A stretch of 64,000 nt of DNA from Muribaculaceae bacterium. GTDB lineage: Bacteria > Bacteroidota > Bacteroidia > Bacteroidales > Muribaculaceae. The stretch's first letter is position 1. Each line of letters opens with the position of its first letter. The stretch is from assembly GCA_045133615.1 (NCBI GenBank), contig JBGUUQ010000051.1, positions 22,197-86,196 on the forward strand, written 5' to 3'. Of the stretch, positions 10,401 to 20,885 are shown piece by piece. Both the position numbers and the translations under genes were made by a program. The notes beneath the pieces were generated by a model. The model saw nothing but the letters and a program-made list of their open reading frames with translations. It ran no database searches and had not been told where the DNA came from.

Positions 10401-11151
10401 AGTTATGAGTTTCCGCTTTAAGAGAAATCACCGTATCAAGATCCTTTACCTCAAAATAATCAGGTCGGTCAGGATTGATAGGGTAGAACTGATCTACTTT
10501 CGGGCCTTTCACAAAAGCCACATTATCTTTATATGCAGAAACAAGTTTATTCGGATTTTCTTGCGAAGTCTTCTTAATCAACTTAAAAAGCGACATCGGC
10601 TTTTCTTCGCCATCGATTACAAACGTTCCGTTAAAAATTTTATGGCGACAATGTTCAGAGTTCACCTGTGAGAACCCAAACACCTCACTATCAGTCAACG
10701 GTCGTCCGAGCTTCTGACTCAAATCACGCAGATATTGCTCCTCTTCGGGACTTAATGCCAAGCCCTCCGATTTGTTATATTCCGAGATGTCATCGATATA
10801 CACGATTGCATCCGGAGTCTTATCTACCGTAAACGTCTTACTGTTGAGTCCATCATAAACTCGTTCCAACATCTTGTCAAACCGAGGATTTTCCTCCTTA
10901 CTCAAATGAAACTGTTCGATGCGGGAAATTCCCTCCAAACCCATGTTTTGAGTGATTTCCACCGCATTTGTGCTCCACGGAGTTATCATCTCTTTACGAG
11001 GGCCTACAAATCGGCCTTTAACAGAGGTACTTACCAAAGGAACTGCACCACCGAAAAGCCACGACAGCTTCTCTTTTTCTACATCAGAAAACTTATGAGT
11101 AGTTTCTACGGCATAAACCAGAGTTGCGCCTTTTTTGAAAAATACGACCAT
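7447..11151 (-). CDS. purL: phosphoribosylformylglycinamidine synthase, single-chain large form
   Basis: 1234 aa. AIR-synthase-like repeats are followed by a C-terminal class-I glutaminase domain (GICNGCQ...HGEGR...MPHPER). Confidence 0.95.
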   Translation of the reverse strand: MVVFFKKGATLVYAVETTHKFSDVEKEKLSWLFGGAVPLVSTSVKGRFVGPRKEMITPWSTNAVEITQNMGLEGISRIEQFHLSKEENPRFDKMLERVYDGLNSKTFTVDKTPDAIVYIDDISEYNKSEGLALSPEEEQYLRDLSQKLGRPLTDSEVFGFSQVNSEHCRHKIFNGTFVIDGEEKPMSLFKLIKKTSQENPNKLVSAYKDNVAFVKGPKVDQFYPINPDRPDYFEVKDLDTVISLKAETHNFPTTVEPFNGAATGTGGEIRDRLGGGKASLPIAGTAVYMTSYPRMSAEHKWEQMMNPRAWLYQTPCDILIKASNGASDFGNKFGQPLICGSLLTFEHEENDKKYAYDKVIMLAGGVGFAGKKDAIKGEPIAGEKVVVMGGDNYRIGMGGGAVSSVETGQYDNSIELNAVQRANPEMQKRVSNVIRALAESDNNPIVSIHDHGAGGHLNALSELVEATGGHIDIDSLPIGDKTLSSKEIVGNESQERMGMILKSDDIEYVSRIAERERAPLYVVGETTGDDRFVFEQKDGVKPIDLAMADMFGNSPKTVMTDNTIKVSYSDVEYDEANLDQYLRDVLSIEAVACKDWLTNKVDRSVTGKIARQQCQGEIQLPLSDCGVVALDYKGKAGIATSIGHAPQVALVDSAKGSVMAIAEALTNISMTPIADGIKGISLSANWMWPCKNPGEDAALYKAVEACSDFACALGVNIPTGKDSLSMTQKYGEDKVFAPGTVIISAAGPVTDVRKTVSPVLKAKKSTLYYIDFSSDAMKLGGSAFAQTLNRLGADAPTVNNPEQFVKTFNAIQKLVANKAILAAHDVSAGGLITTLLEMTFGNVNGGINLSTEGFAAWNETDLIKILFAENPALVIQVADAKTEKVEAALNDAGVKFCEIGSPSDERTIMVAHNGTEHMLFIDYLRDVWFESSYLLDSVQSGEKCAKARFENYKKQPIRYKFPTGFKGKLASRGISLRRDGKSGVRAAIIREKGVNGDREMAYTLYLAGFDVKDVHMTDLMSGRETLEDVNMIVFCGGFSNSDVLGSAKGWAGGFLWNENAKRALENFYKREDTLSLGICNGCQLMIELGLINPEHEKKTVMEHNISHKFESQFLGVTIPQNNSVMLGSMAGMKTGVWVAHGEGRFMLPESLDKYNVVAKYNYSSYPGNPNGSKASVAGIASADGRHLAMMPHPERAIFPWQCGFYPDSHRADEVTPWIDAFINARRWIEEKTKA

Positions 11152-11194
11152 GCTCTATTGTTATTGATAGTTGATATTTCTGAAATTTAGGTCA

Positions 11195-11202
11195 CAAAAT
11201 TA
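11195..11202 (-). promoter_or_regulatory. candidate -7 box TAATTTTG for purL
   Basis: The reverse complement of caaaatta lies 43 nt upstream of the purL ATG. Confidence 0.4.
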
Positions 11203-11372
11203 CTATTTTTTCAGCAAATTACGACGTTTTTCTCTAATTATATTACATTAATATTTTCCTATTTTCTCTTTTTTCGACATCGCATTTTCTTATTTTTGGC
11301 TCGATTTTTGCATTTTAAGTCTCGAAAACGTAAAAATAACGTTGTGAAATTGGTTAATAAAATTTTTAGACT

Positions 11373-11380
11373 TAATTTTG
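11373..11380 (+). promoter_or_regulatory. candidate -7 box TAATTTTG for tig
   Basis: Matches TAnnTTTG, 45 nt upstream of the tig ATG. Confidence 0.4.
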
Positions 11381-11425
11381 CACCTCGAAATTAATCACGC
11401 ATATTAAATTGATAAATAGAGTTAT

Positions 11426-12787
11426 ATGAACGTAACATTGGACAAGACCGGTAATGTGAGCGGAATCCTCACCGTTTCGGTTGAAGAAAAGGACTACCAA
11501 GACAAAGTAAAAAATGACCTCAAAGAAATCGGCAAGCGTCACTCAATCCCCGGCTTCCGTCAAGGTCACGTTCCTTTTGGCGAATTGAATCGCCGTTTTG
11601 GCAAGCAAGTTACAAGCGACGTTATCAATCGTGAAGTATACGACGCTGTCACCGGTTATATCCGCGACAATAAACTCGCCATTCTCGGTGAGCCACTCCC
11701 CATCGAAGTTAAAGAGCTCGACCTTAAGAATCAAAAAGACTTTACTTTCCAATACGAAATCGGTCTCTCTCCCGAAATCAACGTTTCTGTAGACAAAGAT
11801 CTCCAACTTCCTTACAACGAAATCGAAGTCTCTCAAGAAATGATTGACCAACAGAGCCAAAGCCTCCGCGAACGCTTCGGCGCTCAAGTTCCCGGCGAAG
11901 AATTCGAACCCAAAGCACTCGTAAAAGGTTCCCTCATGGAACTCAATGAAGATGGTTCGATTAAAGAAGGTGAAGATGCCATCCAAGTTGTAAGCGGCAT
12001 TCTCGCTCCCATGTACTTCAAAAATGCCGAAGAAGCAGAAAAATTCAACGGCAAAAAAGTAGGAGACAAAGTTGTTTTCAACCCCGCTAACGCTTGGAAT
12101 GGAAACGCTGCTGAATTGGCATCGCTCCTCAACATCGACAAAGAAAAAGCAGCCAATGTCAAAGCCGATTTCGAACTTTCAATTGCCGAAATCATCGTTG
12201 TTAAACTCGCCGACCTCAACGAAGAATTCTTCAAAAACGTATTCGGTGACGACAAAGTAAAGACCGAAGAAGAATACTACGCAGCCATCAAAGACATGAT
12301 TGCACGTCAATTGTCTGGAAACAGCGAATTTTTGTTCCGTAAAGATGCCGAAAAGATTCTCCTTGAAAAATACGGAGATGTCGAACTTCCCCAAGAATTC
12401 CTCAAAAAATGGCTTGTAGCTCGCAACGAAGGTCTTAATGCTGAAAACATCGACAGCGAATTTGAAAAGATGCTTCCCTCCCTCAAATGGCAACTCATCA
12501 AAGAACGCATTGCCGCTCTCGCCGAGGTGAAAATCGAAGAAGCCGATGTTCTTGCTCACGCCAAAGCTATTGCAGCAAATCAATTTGCTCAATACGGCAT
12601 GACCGGTATGGACGACGAAACCCTCACCACTTATGCAAAACGCATCCTCGAAGACAAAAACTATCGTCCCCATATCATCGAAGAAGTAGGCGACATCAAA
12701 TTGTTCGATGCCATCAAGGCAAAAGCAACAATCAACACCACCACCGTTTCTCTCGACCAATTCAAAGAAATGGCCAATAACGCATAA
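11426..12787 (+). CDS. tig: trigger factor
   Basis: 453 aa. The ribosome-binding N-domain motif GFRQGHVP is present, and the gene is followed by clpP-clpX, the conserved tig-clpP-clpX arrangement. Confidence 0.93.
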   Translation: MNVTLDKTGNVSGILTVSVEEKDYQDKVKNDLKEIGKRHSIPGFRQGHVPFGELNRRFGKQVTSDVINREVYDAVTGYIRDNKLAILGEPLPIEVKELDLKNQKDFTFQYEIGLSPEINVSVDKDLQLPYNEIEVSQEMIDQQSQSLRERFGAQVPGEEFEPKALVKGSLMELNEDGSIKEGEDAIQVVSGILAPMYFKNAEEAEKFNGKKVGDKVVFNPANAWNGNAAELASLLNIDKEKAANVKADFELSIAEIIVVKLADLNEEFFKNVFGDDKVKTEEEYYAAIKDMIARQLSGNSEFLFRKDAEKILLEKYGDVELPQEFLKKWLVARNEGLNAENIDSEFEKMLPSLKWQLIKERIAALAEVKIEEADVLAHAKAIAANQFAQYGMTGMDDETLTTYAKRILEDKNYRPHIIEEVGDIKLFDAIKAKATINTTTVSLDQFKEMANNA

Positions 12788-12808
12788 TCCAAGCACCGAT
12801 ATATACAC

Positions 12809-12848
12809 AAAAGGGCGTTGACAAAATCAACGCCCTTTTATTTTGTCA
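12809..12848 (+). terminator. rho-independent terminator after tig
   Basis: AAAAGGGCGTTGA-caaaa-TCAACGCCCTTTT forms a perfect 13-bp stem followed by a T-rich run. Confidence 0.7.
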
Positions 12849-12893
12849 AGAAAGTATTTATTCCACTTTTTTTGTGATATATGATTTTATTTG

Positions 12894-12901
12894 TATCTTT
12901 G
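12894..12901 (+). promoter_or_regulatory. candidate -7 box TATCTTTG for clpP
   Basis: Matches TAnnTTTG, 30 nt upstream of the clpP ATG. Confidence 0.45.
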
Positions 12902-12931
12902 ACTAAGTAAAACAAAAGGCATTACATATTT

Positions 12932-13606
12932 ATGAATAACGAATTCAGAAATTACGCAGTAAAGCATCTTGGGATGAATGGTCTCGCATTAGACCAATAC
13001 ACATCATCCATCAACGCAAGTTACATTTCTCCCACCATCATCGAAGAGCGCCAACTCAACGTCGCACAAATGGACGTATTCTCTCGCCTCATGATGGACC
13101 GCATCATATTCCTTGGGACAGATGTCAACGATTACTCAGCTAATGTAATACAAGCACAGCTCCTTTTCCTCGATCAGGCTGATCCCGGTAAAGACGTGTC
13201 CATCTATATCAATTCACCCGGCGGATCGGTTTACGCAGGTTTAGGCATCTACGACACCATGCAATATATCTCCAGCGACGTAGCCACTATTTGCACAGGC
13301 ATCGCAGCATCTATGGCCGCCGTACTTTTGGTTGCCGGCGAAAAGGGCAAACGTTTCGCGTTAAAGCACTCTCGTGTCATGATTCATCAGCCCATGGGTG
13401 GAGCACAAGGACAAGCATCCGACATCGAAATTACCGCTCGTGAAATCCAAAAACTCAAAAAAGAATTATACACAATCATTTCCGACCACTCCGGAGTTCC
13501 ATTTGAAAAAGTCGAACGTGATTCCGACCGCGACTATTGGATGACAGCCGCCGAAGCAAAAGAATACGGAATGATTGACGACGTACTCATCAAGTCCAAC
13601 CACTAA
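12932..13606 (+). CDS. clpP: ATP-dependent Clp protease proteolytic subunit
   Basis: 224 aa. Catalytic-site context is present: [11 protein letters not shown] (Ser), MIHQP (His), DRDYWM (Asp). Confidence 0.97.
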   Translation: MNNEFRNYAVKHLGMNGLALDQYTSSINASYISPTIIEERQLNVAQMDVFSRLMMDRIIFLGTDVNDYSANVIQAQLLFLDQADPGKDVSIYINSPGGSVYAGLGIYDTMQYISSDVATICTGIAASMAAVLLVAGEKGKRFALKHSRVMIHQPMGGAQGQASDIEITAREIQKLKKELYTIISDHSGVPFEKVERDSDRDYWMTAAEAKEYGMIDDVLIKSNH

Positions 13607-13615
13607 TCACCCGAT

Positions 13616-14866
13616 ATGGCAAAAAAAGAACAGCCTAAATGCGCATTTTGTGGTTGTCCGGCATCTGAAGTCGAAGTCATCATACCCGCACCCGACCAAC
13701 ATGCCTATATATGTTCCAACTGCGTTGAGAACATACATACCGCATTGAAGGATTTCCTCTCCGATACAAAACCCTCGTCAAAAAGCAACGAGAAAGACGA
13801 TATTGACATCAACAATATCCCCAAACCCAAAGAAATCAACGAATTTCTTGACCGCTACGTTATCGGACAAGACAGTGCCAAGAAATATCTCTCCGTATCT
13901 GTCTACAACCACTATAAACGCATCGCACAACACGACGACAACGATGATGTTGATATCGAAAAAAGCAACATCATTCTCGTCGGACCTACCGGAACAGGCA
14001 AAACCCTCTTGGCAAAAACAATCGCCAAATTGCTCAACGTCCCGTTCACAATAGTCGATGCCACAGTACTCACCGAAGCCGGATATGTAGGCGAAGACAT
14101 CGAAAGCCTGTTGACTCGACTTCTCCAAGCATCCGATTACAACGTAGAGCAAGCCGAGCGAGGCATCGTATTCATCGATGAAATCGATAAAATCGCCCGA
14201 AAAGGCGACAACCCGTCGATTACTCGCGATGTAAGTGGCGAAGGTGTTCAACAAGGGCTCTTGAAGCTCCTTGAAGGCTCCATCGTAAACGTACCGCCAC
14301 AAGGCGGCCGCAAACATCCGGAGCAAAAGATGATACCCGTCAACACCAAAAACATTCTCTTCATCTGCGGAGGAGCGTTCGATGGCATAGAACGGAAAAT
14401 CGCCCAGCGACTTAACACCCACGTGGTCGGCTATAACACCGACACCGCAAAGCAAAGCATCAAGCGCGACAACTATCTCCAATATGTAGCACCGCAAGAC
14501 CTCAAATCATTTGGTCTCATCCCCGAGATTATCGGACGCTTGCCCATATTGACCCACCTCGACCCATTGGATCGAAGTGCATTGCGCCGTGTTTTGACCG
14601 AGCCGAAGAACGCAATCGTTCGACAATACGAAAAACTTTTCGCTATCGACGGCGTGAAATTGACATTCACCGACGAAGCTCTCGACCTCATTGTCGACAA
14701 AGCCATCGAATACAAATTAGGTGCTCGCGGTCTTCGTTCCATTGTAGAGTCAATTATGGTAGATGCAATGTACGACGTTCCGTCTACCGACATCAAAGAG
14801 TTCGAGGTGACAAAAGATTATGCCCTCGAAAAGTTGCGCAAAGCCAATTTTGAACTCAATTCATAG
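13616..14866 (+). CDS. clpX: ATP-dependent Clp protease ATP-binding subunit ClpX
   Basis: 416 aa. It has an N-terminal C4 zinc finger (CAFCGC...CSNC), Walker A GPTGTGKT, and IVFIDEIDK. Confidence 0.97.
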   Translation: MAKKEQPKCAFCGCPASEVEVIIPAPDQHAYICSNCVENIHTALKDFLSDTKPSSKSNEKDDIDINNIPKPKEINEFLDRYVIGQDSAKKYLSVSVYNHYKRIAQHDDNDDVDIEKSNIILVGPTGTGKTLLAKTIAKLLNVPFTIVDATVLTEAGYVGEDIESLLTRLLQASDYNVEQAERGIVFIDEIDKIARKGDNPSITRDVSGEGVQQGLLKLLEGSIVNVPPQGGRKHPEQKMIPVNTKNILFICGGAFDGIERKIAQRLNTHVVGYNTDTAKQSIKRDNYLQYVAPQDLKSFGLIPEIIGRLPILTHLDPLDRSALRRVLTEPKNAIVRQYEKLFAIDGVKLTFTDEALDLIVDKAIEYKLGARGLRSIVESIMVDAMYDVPSTDIKEFEVTKDYALEKLRKANFELNS

Positions 14867-14911
14867 ACAATTCTCTAAATTTGATTGATACCAACATAAA
14901 ATTCTAAAGCC

Positions 14912-17092
14912 ATGGTAACCAGGACAGAACTAACCGAAGAGCTAAAAAAGCACTTTGGATTCGACACTTTCAAAGGCAATCAGGAAGCCATCATTACCAA
15001 TCTGCTCAATGGTAATGACTCTTTCGTATTGATGCCTACCGGAGGAGGAAAATCGCTCTGCTACCAGTTGCCGTCGCTACTGATGGAAGGGACTGCCATT
15101 GTCATATCTCCGCTCATCGCTTTGATGAAAAATCAAGTCGATGCAATGAGAAATTTCAGTGAAGACGACAATGTTGCCCACTTCCTCAATTCATCACTCA
15201 ACAAAGCGGCTATCGATCAAGTGAAAAGTGATATTGTCGCCGGTAAGACAAAACTGCTTTACGTAGCACCTGAATCACTTACAAAAGAAGAAAATATTGA
15301 ATTTTTAAAAACAGTTTCTATATCATTCTACGCCGTTGATGAAGCACATTGCATCTCGGAATGGGGACACGACTTCCGTCCGGAATACCGTCGCATCCGC
15401 CCCATTATCAACGAAATCGGCAAACGTCCCGTTATTGCGTTGACAGCCACCGCCACTCCTAAGGTCCAACACGATATACAAAAAAACTTAGGAATGACCG
15501 ACGCTGCCGTGTTCAAGTCTTCATTCAACCGAGCCAACCTGTATTACGAAGTACGTCCGAAAACTCAAAATATCGATCGCGACATCATCAAATATATTAA
15601 AAATCAAGAAGGAAAATCAGGCATCATATATTGTCTCAGCAGGAAAAAAGTTGAAGAACTTGCCGAACTGTTGCAAGTCAACAACATAAAAGCCTTGCCA
15701 TATCATGCCGGCATGGACGGAGTCACTCGCTCCGAAAATCAAGATGCCTTCCTCCTTGAAAAAGTCGATGTAATTGTTGCCACCATTGCATTCGGAATGG
15801 GTATCGACAAGCCCGATGTCAGATTTGTAATTCACTACGATATCCCCAAATCACTCGAAGGCTACTATCAAGAGACCGGTAGAGCCGGACGTGATGGGGG
15901 AGAAGGTCAATGCATCACATTCTATTCAAACAAAGACCTGCAAAAAATGGAAAAATTCATGCAAGGCAAGCCTATTGCCGAGCAAGAAATCGGTAAGCAA
16001 CTTCTTATCGAAACCGCCTCCTATGCAGAGTCGTCCGTTTGCCGACGCAAGACCCTCTTGCACTATTTTGGTGAAGAGTTCCATTCGGACAATTGCGGAA
16101 ACTGTGACAATTGTTTAAACCCCAAGAAACAAGTGGAAGCAAAAGACGAATTATGCGCCGTGATTGAAACCGTCACCGCACTGAAAGAAAAATTCAAAGC
16201 CGACTACATTATCGACATCATGATGGGTAAAGCCACCAACGATGTCAAATCCTACCGTCACGATGAATTAGACGTATTCGGTTGCACCGAAAGTAGCGAC
16301 CGACGTCTCCTCAATGCAGTTATCCGACAAGCCATTATTGCCGGATATATTGACCGTGACATCGAAAATTACGGAACAATTAAAGTTACCGATAAAGGCA
16401 AGAATTATCTCAAAAAACCTATTTCATTTAAAATTGTTGAGGACAACGACTTCAACGAAGACGAAGAGGAAATCGTTGTCAAGAGCGGAGCCTCTTGCGC
16501 TGTCGACCCCGAACTCTATTCAATACTCAAAGACCTGCGCAAAAAGTTGGCTAAAAAATTGGAATTACCACCATACGTAATATTCCAAGACCCGTCTCTC
16601 GAAGCAATGGCAACCACCTATCCGATAAATATCGAAGAATTGCAGAACATTCCGGGTGTGGGAGCCGGCAAAGCAAAACGATACGGTGAAGAATTTGTCA
16701 AAGTCATCAAGACTCACGTCGATGAAAACGAAATCGAACGTCCCGAAGACCTCCGAGTTCGCAGCGTTGCAAACAAAAGCAAGCTTAAAATTTCAATAAT
16801 CCAAGGCATCGACCGAAAGATTGCACTCGACGAACTCGCCGAATCAAAAGGCCTTGATTTTGCCGAACTGCTCGATGAAATAGAAGCCATTGTATATTCC
16901 GGCACAAAAATCAACATCGACTACTTCCTCGATGAAATAATGGACGAAGACCACCAAGAAGATATTTTCGACTACTTCAAAGAAAGCGAAAGCGACGACC
17001 TCGAAGCCGCAATTTCTGAATTGGGAAGAGAGTGTAGCGAAGAAGAAATCCGACTCGTCCGCATTAAATTCCTATCCGAAATGGGCAACTAA
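14912..17092 (+). CDS. recQ: ATP-dependent DNA helicase RecQ
   Basis: 726 aa. It has the motifs MPTGGGKSLCYQLP, DEAHCISEWGHDFRPEY and a Zn-binding Cys cluster (CRR...C.NCDNC), plus a C-terminal HRDC-like domain. Confidence 0.95.
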   Translation: MVTRTELTEELKKHFGFDTFKGNQEAIITNLLNGNDSFVLMPTGGGKSLCYQLPSLLMEGTAIVISPLIALMKNQVDAMRNFSEDDNVAHFLNSSLNKAAIDQVKSDIVAGKTKLLYVAPESLTKEENIEFLKTVSISFYAVDEAHCISEWGHDFRPEYRRIRPIINEIGKRPVIALTATATPKVQHDIQKNLGMTDAAVFKSSFNRANLYYEVRPKTQNIDRDIIKYIKNQEGKSGIIYCLSRKKVEELAELLQVNNIKALPYHAGMDGVTRSENQDAFLLEKVDVIVATIAFGMGIDKPDVRFVIHYDIPKSLEGYYQETGRAGRDGGEGQCITFYSNKDLQKMEKFMQGKPIAEQEIGKQLLIETASYAESSVCRRKTLLHYFGEEFHSDNCGNCDNCLNPKKQVEAKDELCAVIETVTALKEKFKADYIIDIMMGKATNDVKSYRHDELDVFGCTESSDRRLLNAVIRQAIIAGYIDRDIENYGTIKVTDKGKNYLKKPISFKIVEDNDFNEDEEEIVVKSGASCAVDPELYSILKDLRKKLAKKLELPPYVIFQDPSLEAMATTYPINIEELQNIPGVGAGKAKRYGEEFVKVIKTHVDENEIERPEDLRVRSVANKSKLKISIIQGIDRKIALDELAESKGLDFAELLDEIEAIVYSGTKINIDYFLDEIMDEDHQEDIFDYFKESESDDLEAAISELGRECSEEEIRLVRIKFLSEMGN

Positions 17093-17118
17093 AAAAACAA
17101 TCCACCATTTCCATACTT

Positions 17119-17154
17119 GGAGCGACAGCATATTACAATTCTGTCGCTCCTTTT
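17119..17154 (+). terminator. rho-independent terminator after recQ
   Basis: GGAGCGACAG-12 nt-CTGTCGCTCC is followed by TTTT. Confidence 0.7.
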
Positions 17155-17260
17155 CATTTCATACTTATAATTTGCGCATAATTTTTCGCCATTCATAACA
17201 AAAAGCCAATAAAAACCGCAATTTACATACATTTTTGTTGCTCCTTTAATCGTTTATTCC

Positions 17261-17268
17261 TATCTTTG
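17261..17268 (+). promoter_or_regulatory. candidate -7 box TATCTTTG for purU-his operon
   Basis: Matches TAnnTTTG, 22 nt upstream of the annotated GTG start at 17291. Confidence 0.4.
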
Positions 17269-17290
17269 CATTTCAAAATACAATTTTAAG

Positions 17291-18160
17291 GTGGAAAAGA
17301 ATAATAAAAATACAGCAGTGTTATGTATGCACTGCCCCGACCAACCAGGTATTATCGCTGTAATTACCGAATTTATTACGACCAATCAAGGTAACATCGA
17401 ATACCTCGACCAATATGTCGATAAAGTAAACGGCATATTCTATATGAGAGTGGAGTGGGATCTCGACAACTTCATCATTCCCGCAGAGAAAATCAGCGAC
17501 TATTTCCAGACCCTTTACGGTCAACGCTACCAACTGACCTATAAACTCAGCTTCACTAGCCACCGTCAGCGCATGGCCATATTCGTATCAAAGATGTCCC
17601 ACTGTCTTTACGACATCCTTGCACGATACACCGCCGGAGAGTGGGACGTCGAAATCCCCGTCATCATAAGCAATCATCCCGACTTGGCTTTTGTCGCCGA
17701 GCAATTCAATATCCCATATGAAATTATTCCGGTCAATCGCGACAACAAAGCCGAAATGGAGCAACGCGAGTTTGAGATACTCGATCGCTACAACATCGAC
17801 TTTATAGTCCTTGCGCGATACATGCAAGTCCTTTCCGAAGACTTCATCAATCGATATCCCAACCGCATCATCAACATCCACCACTCATTCCTCCCCGCAT
17901 TCGTCGGAGCCAAACCTTATCACAAAGCCTACGAACGCGGTGTGAAGCTCATTGGTGCCACAAGTCACTACGTGACCACCGAACTCGATGCCGGTCCCAT
18001 CATCGAGCAAGACATCGTGCGTATCACCCATAAAGATACCATCGACGACCTTGTAAAAAAAGGACGCGACCTCGAAAAGATTGTCCTCTCTCGCGCCGTT
18101 GAAAAGCATATTCAACGCAAAATTCTCACTTATAAAAACAAAACCGTAGTATTCAGCTAA
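17291..18160 (+). CDS. purU: formyltetrahydrofolate deformylase
   Basis: 289 aa. An N-terminal ACT domain is followed by a formyltransferase core (IINIHHSFLPAF.GA.PY..A...GVK.IGAT.HYV...LD.GPII.Q). The start is a GTG and its exact position is uncertain. Confidence 0.88.
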   Translation: MEKNNKNTAVLCMHCPDQPGIIAVITEFITTNQGNIEYLDQYVDKVNGIFYMRVEWDLDNFIIPAEKISDYFQTLYGQRYQLTYKLSFTSHRQRMAIFVSKMSHCLYDILARYTAGEWDVEIPVIISNHPDLAFVAEQFNIPYEIIPVNRDNKAEMEQREFEILDRYNIDFIVLARYMQVLSEDFINRYPNRIINIHHSFLPAFVGAKPYHKAYERGVKLIGATSHYVTTELDAGPIIEQDIVRITHKDTIDDLVKKGRDLEKIVLSRAVEKHIQRKILTYKNKTVVFS

Positions 18161-18167
18161 TTAAGCT

Positions 18168-18758
18168 ATGAAAATAGCTATTATCAAATATAACGCAGGA
18201 AATATCTTTTCCGTTGAGTGCGCGCTGAAACGCCTCGGATTGCAGGCCGAAATCACCGACAATCCCGACATTATCCGTGCCGCCGATCGTGTGATATTTC
18301 CCGGAGTAGGGGAGGCCGGTTCAGCCATGACCTACTTGCGCAGTCACCGCCTTGATTCACTCATAAAAAGTCTCACACAGCCCGTTCTCGGTATCTGTAT
18401 CGGACAACAGTTGCTTTGCGCCCATTCAGAAGAAGGAGACACCGATTGTCTTGGCATATTCGATACCGACGTTCGCCGATTCAACGCCCCCTCACCTGAG
18501 TTTAAAATACCTCACATGGGGTGGGACACATTGGTCGACATCAAAGACGACTTCATACCGCGTGAATTAGACGGAAAATACGTTTATTATGTCCACAGCT
18601 ACTACGTACCGGTCAATCCGGCCACCGTGGCTACAACCGATTATATCGTACCATTTAGTGCAGCTCTCCACAAAGACAACTTTTACGCCACCCAATTTCA
18701 CCCCGAAAAGAGTGGAGATATTGGAGAACTGATTCTCAAACGATTCATACAACTATGA
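18168..18758 (+). CDS. hisH: imidazole glycerol phosphate synthase, glutaminase subunit
   Basis: 196 aa. It has the class-I GATase motifs GVG, GICIGQQ and QFHPEKS. Confidence 0.93.
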   Translation: MKIAIIKYNAGNIFSVECALKRLGLQAEITDNPDIIRAADRVIFPGVGEAGSAMTYLRSHRLDSLIKSLTQPVLGICIGQQLLCAHSEEGDTDCLGIFDTDVRRFNAPSPEFKIPHMGWDTLVDIKDDFIPRELDGKYVYYVHSYYVPVNPATVATTDYIVPFSAALHKDNFYATQFHPEKSGDIGELILKRFIQL

Positions 18759-19483
18759 TAGATATAATTCCAGCCATCGACATCATCGACGGCAAATGTG
18801 TCCGTCTCACACGTGGCGACTACGATTGCAAGACCGTCTATGGCGAAAATCCGCTTGAAATAGCACGACGTTTTGAAGACGTAGGGTGCCGCCGACTCCA
18901 TCTCGTTGACCTCGACGGAGCCAAATCGCATCATATCGTCAATTACAAAGTACTCGAACAGATTGCCGGTTCCACCCAACTCATTATCGACTTCGGAGGT
19001 GGGCTCAAAAGCGACGAAGATTTGCACATCGCCTTTGAAAGCGGAGCTGCAATGATTACCGGAGGTAGCATTGCCGTAAAAGACCCCGACACCATGCTCC
19101 ATTGGATTTCAACCTACGGAGCCGACCGAATCATCCTCGGGGCCGACACTCGCAACGGCAAAATATCCACTTCAGGGTGGACTGCCGACAGCGATCTCGA
19201 CATAATTCCGTTCATCGAATCCTATGTCTCCAAAGGAATCCGACAAGTCATATCGACCGACATCAACGTCGACGGCACACTGTCAGGACCATCGATCGAC
19301 CTCTACACCCGCATTGCCGATGCCATTCCCGATGTTCACATCATAGCAAGTGGAGGAGTAAGCTCCATCGCCGACATCGAGCATCTCGACCAAGCGTCAA
19401 TCCCCGCAGTGATTGTCGGAAAAGCCATCTACGAAGGTCGCATTTCCCTCAACGACATTTCCCGAATCAACCTCAACCGATAA
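18755..19483 (+). CDS. hisA: ProFAR isomerase
   Basis: 242 aa. The N-terminus [15 protein letters not shown] is typical, and the ATGA overlap with hisH fits an operon. Confidence 0.93.
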   Translation: MIDIIPAIDIIDGKCVRLTRGDYDCKTVYGENPLEIARRFEDVGCRRLHLVDLDGAKSHHIVNYKVLEQIAGSTQLIIDFGGGLKSDEDLHIAFESGAAMITGGSIAVKDPDTMLHWISTYGADRIILGADTRNGKISTSGWTADSDLDIIPFIESYVSKGIRQVISTDINVDGTLSGPSIDLYTRIADAIPDVHIIASGGVSSIADIEHLDQASIPAVIVGKAIYEGRISLNDISRINLNR

Positions 19484-19489
19484 CTGCCT

Positions 19490-20245
19490 ATGCTTGCCAA
19501 ACGTATCATACCGTGTCTCGACGTAAAAGATGGCACCACTGTAAAAGGTGTCAACTTTGTCAACTTCCGCGATGCCGGCGACCCCGTTGCCCTCGGCAAG
19601 AAATATAGCGAAGATGGAGCCGACGAACTCGTCTACCTCGACATCACCGCATCCCACGAAGGCCGAAAAACATTCATCGACCTCGTTCGCCGCGTTGCCG
19701 AAAACGTAAGCATCCCATTCACAGTCGGTGGAGGCATAAACCAAGTCGAAGACGTCGAGAAACTCCTCAACGCCGGAGCCGACAAAATATCCATCAACTC
19801 GTCAGCCCTCCGAAATCCCGACTTAATCGACGGTATAGCCCGACGATTCGGCAATCAAGTATGCGTCACCGCTATCGACGCACGCTTCGACAACGGAGAA
19901 TGGATTTGTTACGTAAACGGAGGTCGCATCCCCACCGAGCGCCGTCTTTTCGACTGGGCACACGAAGCCCAGGAACGCGGAGCGGGTGAAATCCTCTTCA
20001 CCAGCATGAACCACGACGGCGTAAAGCAAGGCTTCGCTTGCGAAGCCCTTGCCCGGCTTCACGACATCCTTAGCATCCCCGTCATCGCATCCGGTGGAGC
20101 AGGGGACTACTCTCATTTCCACGACGTATTCACACAAGGAAAAGCCGATGCCGCATTAGCCGCAAGCATATTCCACTTCAACGAAATTCCAATCAGCGAC
20201 CTAAAACAATATCTCCACAGTCGCAATATCGATATACGCTTATAA
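19490..20245 (+). CDS. hisF: imidazole glycerol phosphate synthase, cyclase subunit
   Basis: 251 aa. It has the motifs [14 protein letters not shown] and DELV.LDI. Confidence 0.95.
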   Translation: MLAKRIIPCLDVKDGTTVKGVNFVNFRDAGDPVALGKKYSEDGADELVYLDITASHEGRKTFIDLVRRVAENVSIPFTVGGGINQVEDVEKLLNAGADKISINSSALRNPDLIDGIARRFGNQVCVTAIDARFDNGEWICYVNGGRIPTERRLFDWAHEAQERGAGEILFTSMNHDGVKQGFACEALARLHDILSIPVIASGGAGDYSHFHDVFTQGKADAALAASIFHFNEIPISDLKQYLHSRNIDIRL

Positions 20246-20258
20246 AAACCATCTCAAT

Positions 20259-20855
20259 ATGAATATAGATTTCAACAAAATGGACGGATTGGTTCCCGCC
20301 ATTATTCAAGATGCACGCACCAAAAACGTGCTCATGCTCGGTTTCATGAACGAAGAAGCCTACAACAAGACTCTCGAACTTGGGAAAGTGACATTCTTCA
20401 GCCGCACCAAAAATCGTCTTTGGACCAAAGGCGAAGAAAGCGGAAACTTCCTCAACGTCGTTTCCATCGCTGAAGATTGCGACCACGATACACTCCTCAT
20501 CAAAGTAAACCCCGTTGGTCCCGTTTGCCACACCGGCACCGACACCTGCTGGGGCGAATCAAACAACTGGGGCGTTGAATTCTTCCGTTACCTGCAAGAC
20601 TTCATCCAACGCCGCCACGACGAAATGCCCGAAGGATCCTACACCACATCTCTCTTCCAAAAAGGCATCAACCGCATGGCGCAGAAAGTAGGAGAAGAAG
20701 CCGTAGAGACAGTCATCGAAGCCACCAACGGCACCGACGACCGACTCATCTACGAAGCATCCGACCTCATCTATCACCTCATCGTGCTCCTCACATCCAA
20801 AGGTCACCGCATCGAAGAGCTCGCCGAAGAACTCGTAAAGCGTCACAAAGAATAA
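20259..20855 (+). CDS. hisIE: bifunctional phosphoribosyl-AMP cyclohydrolase / phosphoribosyl-ATP pyrophosphatase
   Basis: 198 aa. The HisI motif (SRTKNRLWTKGEESGN...DCD.D.LL..V...GP.CHTG) is followed by a HisE helical domain. Confidence 0.92.
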   Translation: MNIDFNKMDGLVPAIIQDARTKNVLMLGFMNEEAYNKTLELGKVTFFSRTKNRLWTKGEESGNFLNVVSIAEDCDHDTLLIKVNPVGPVCHTGTDTCWGESNNWGVEFFRYLQDFIQRRHDEMPEGSYTTSLFQKGINRMAQKVGEEAVETVIEATNGTDDRLIYEASDLIYHLIVLLTSKGHRIEELAEELVKRHKE

Positions 20856-20885
20856 TACCCATCCACCATCGAAATACCTGAAATC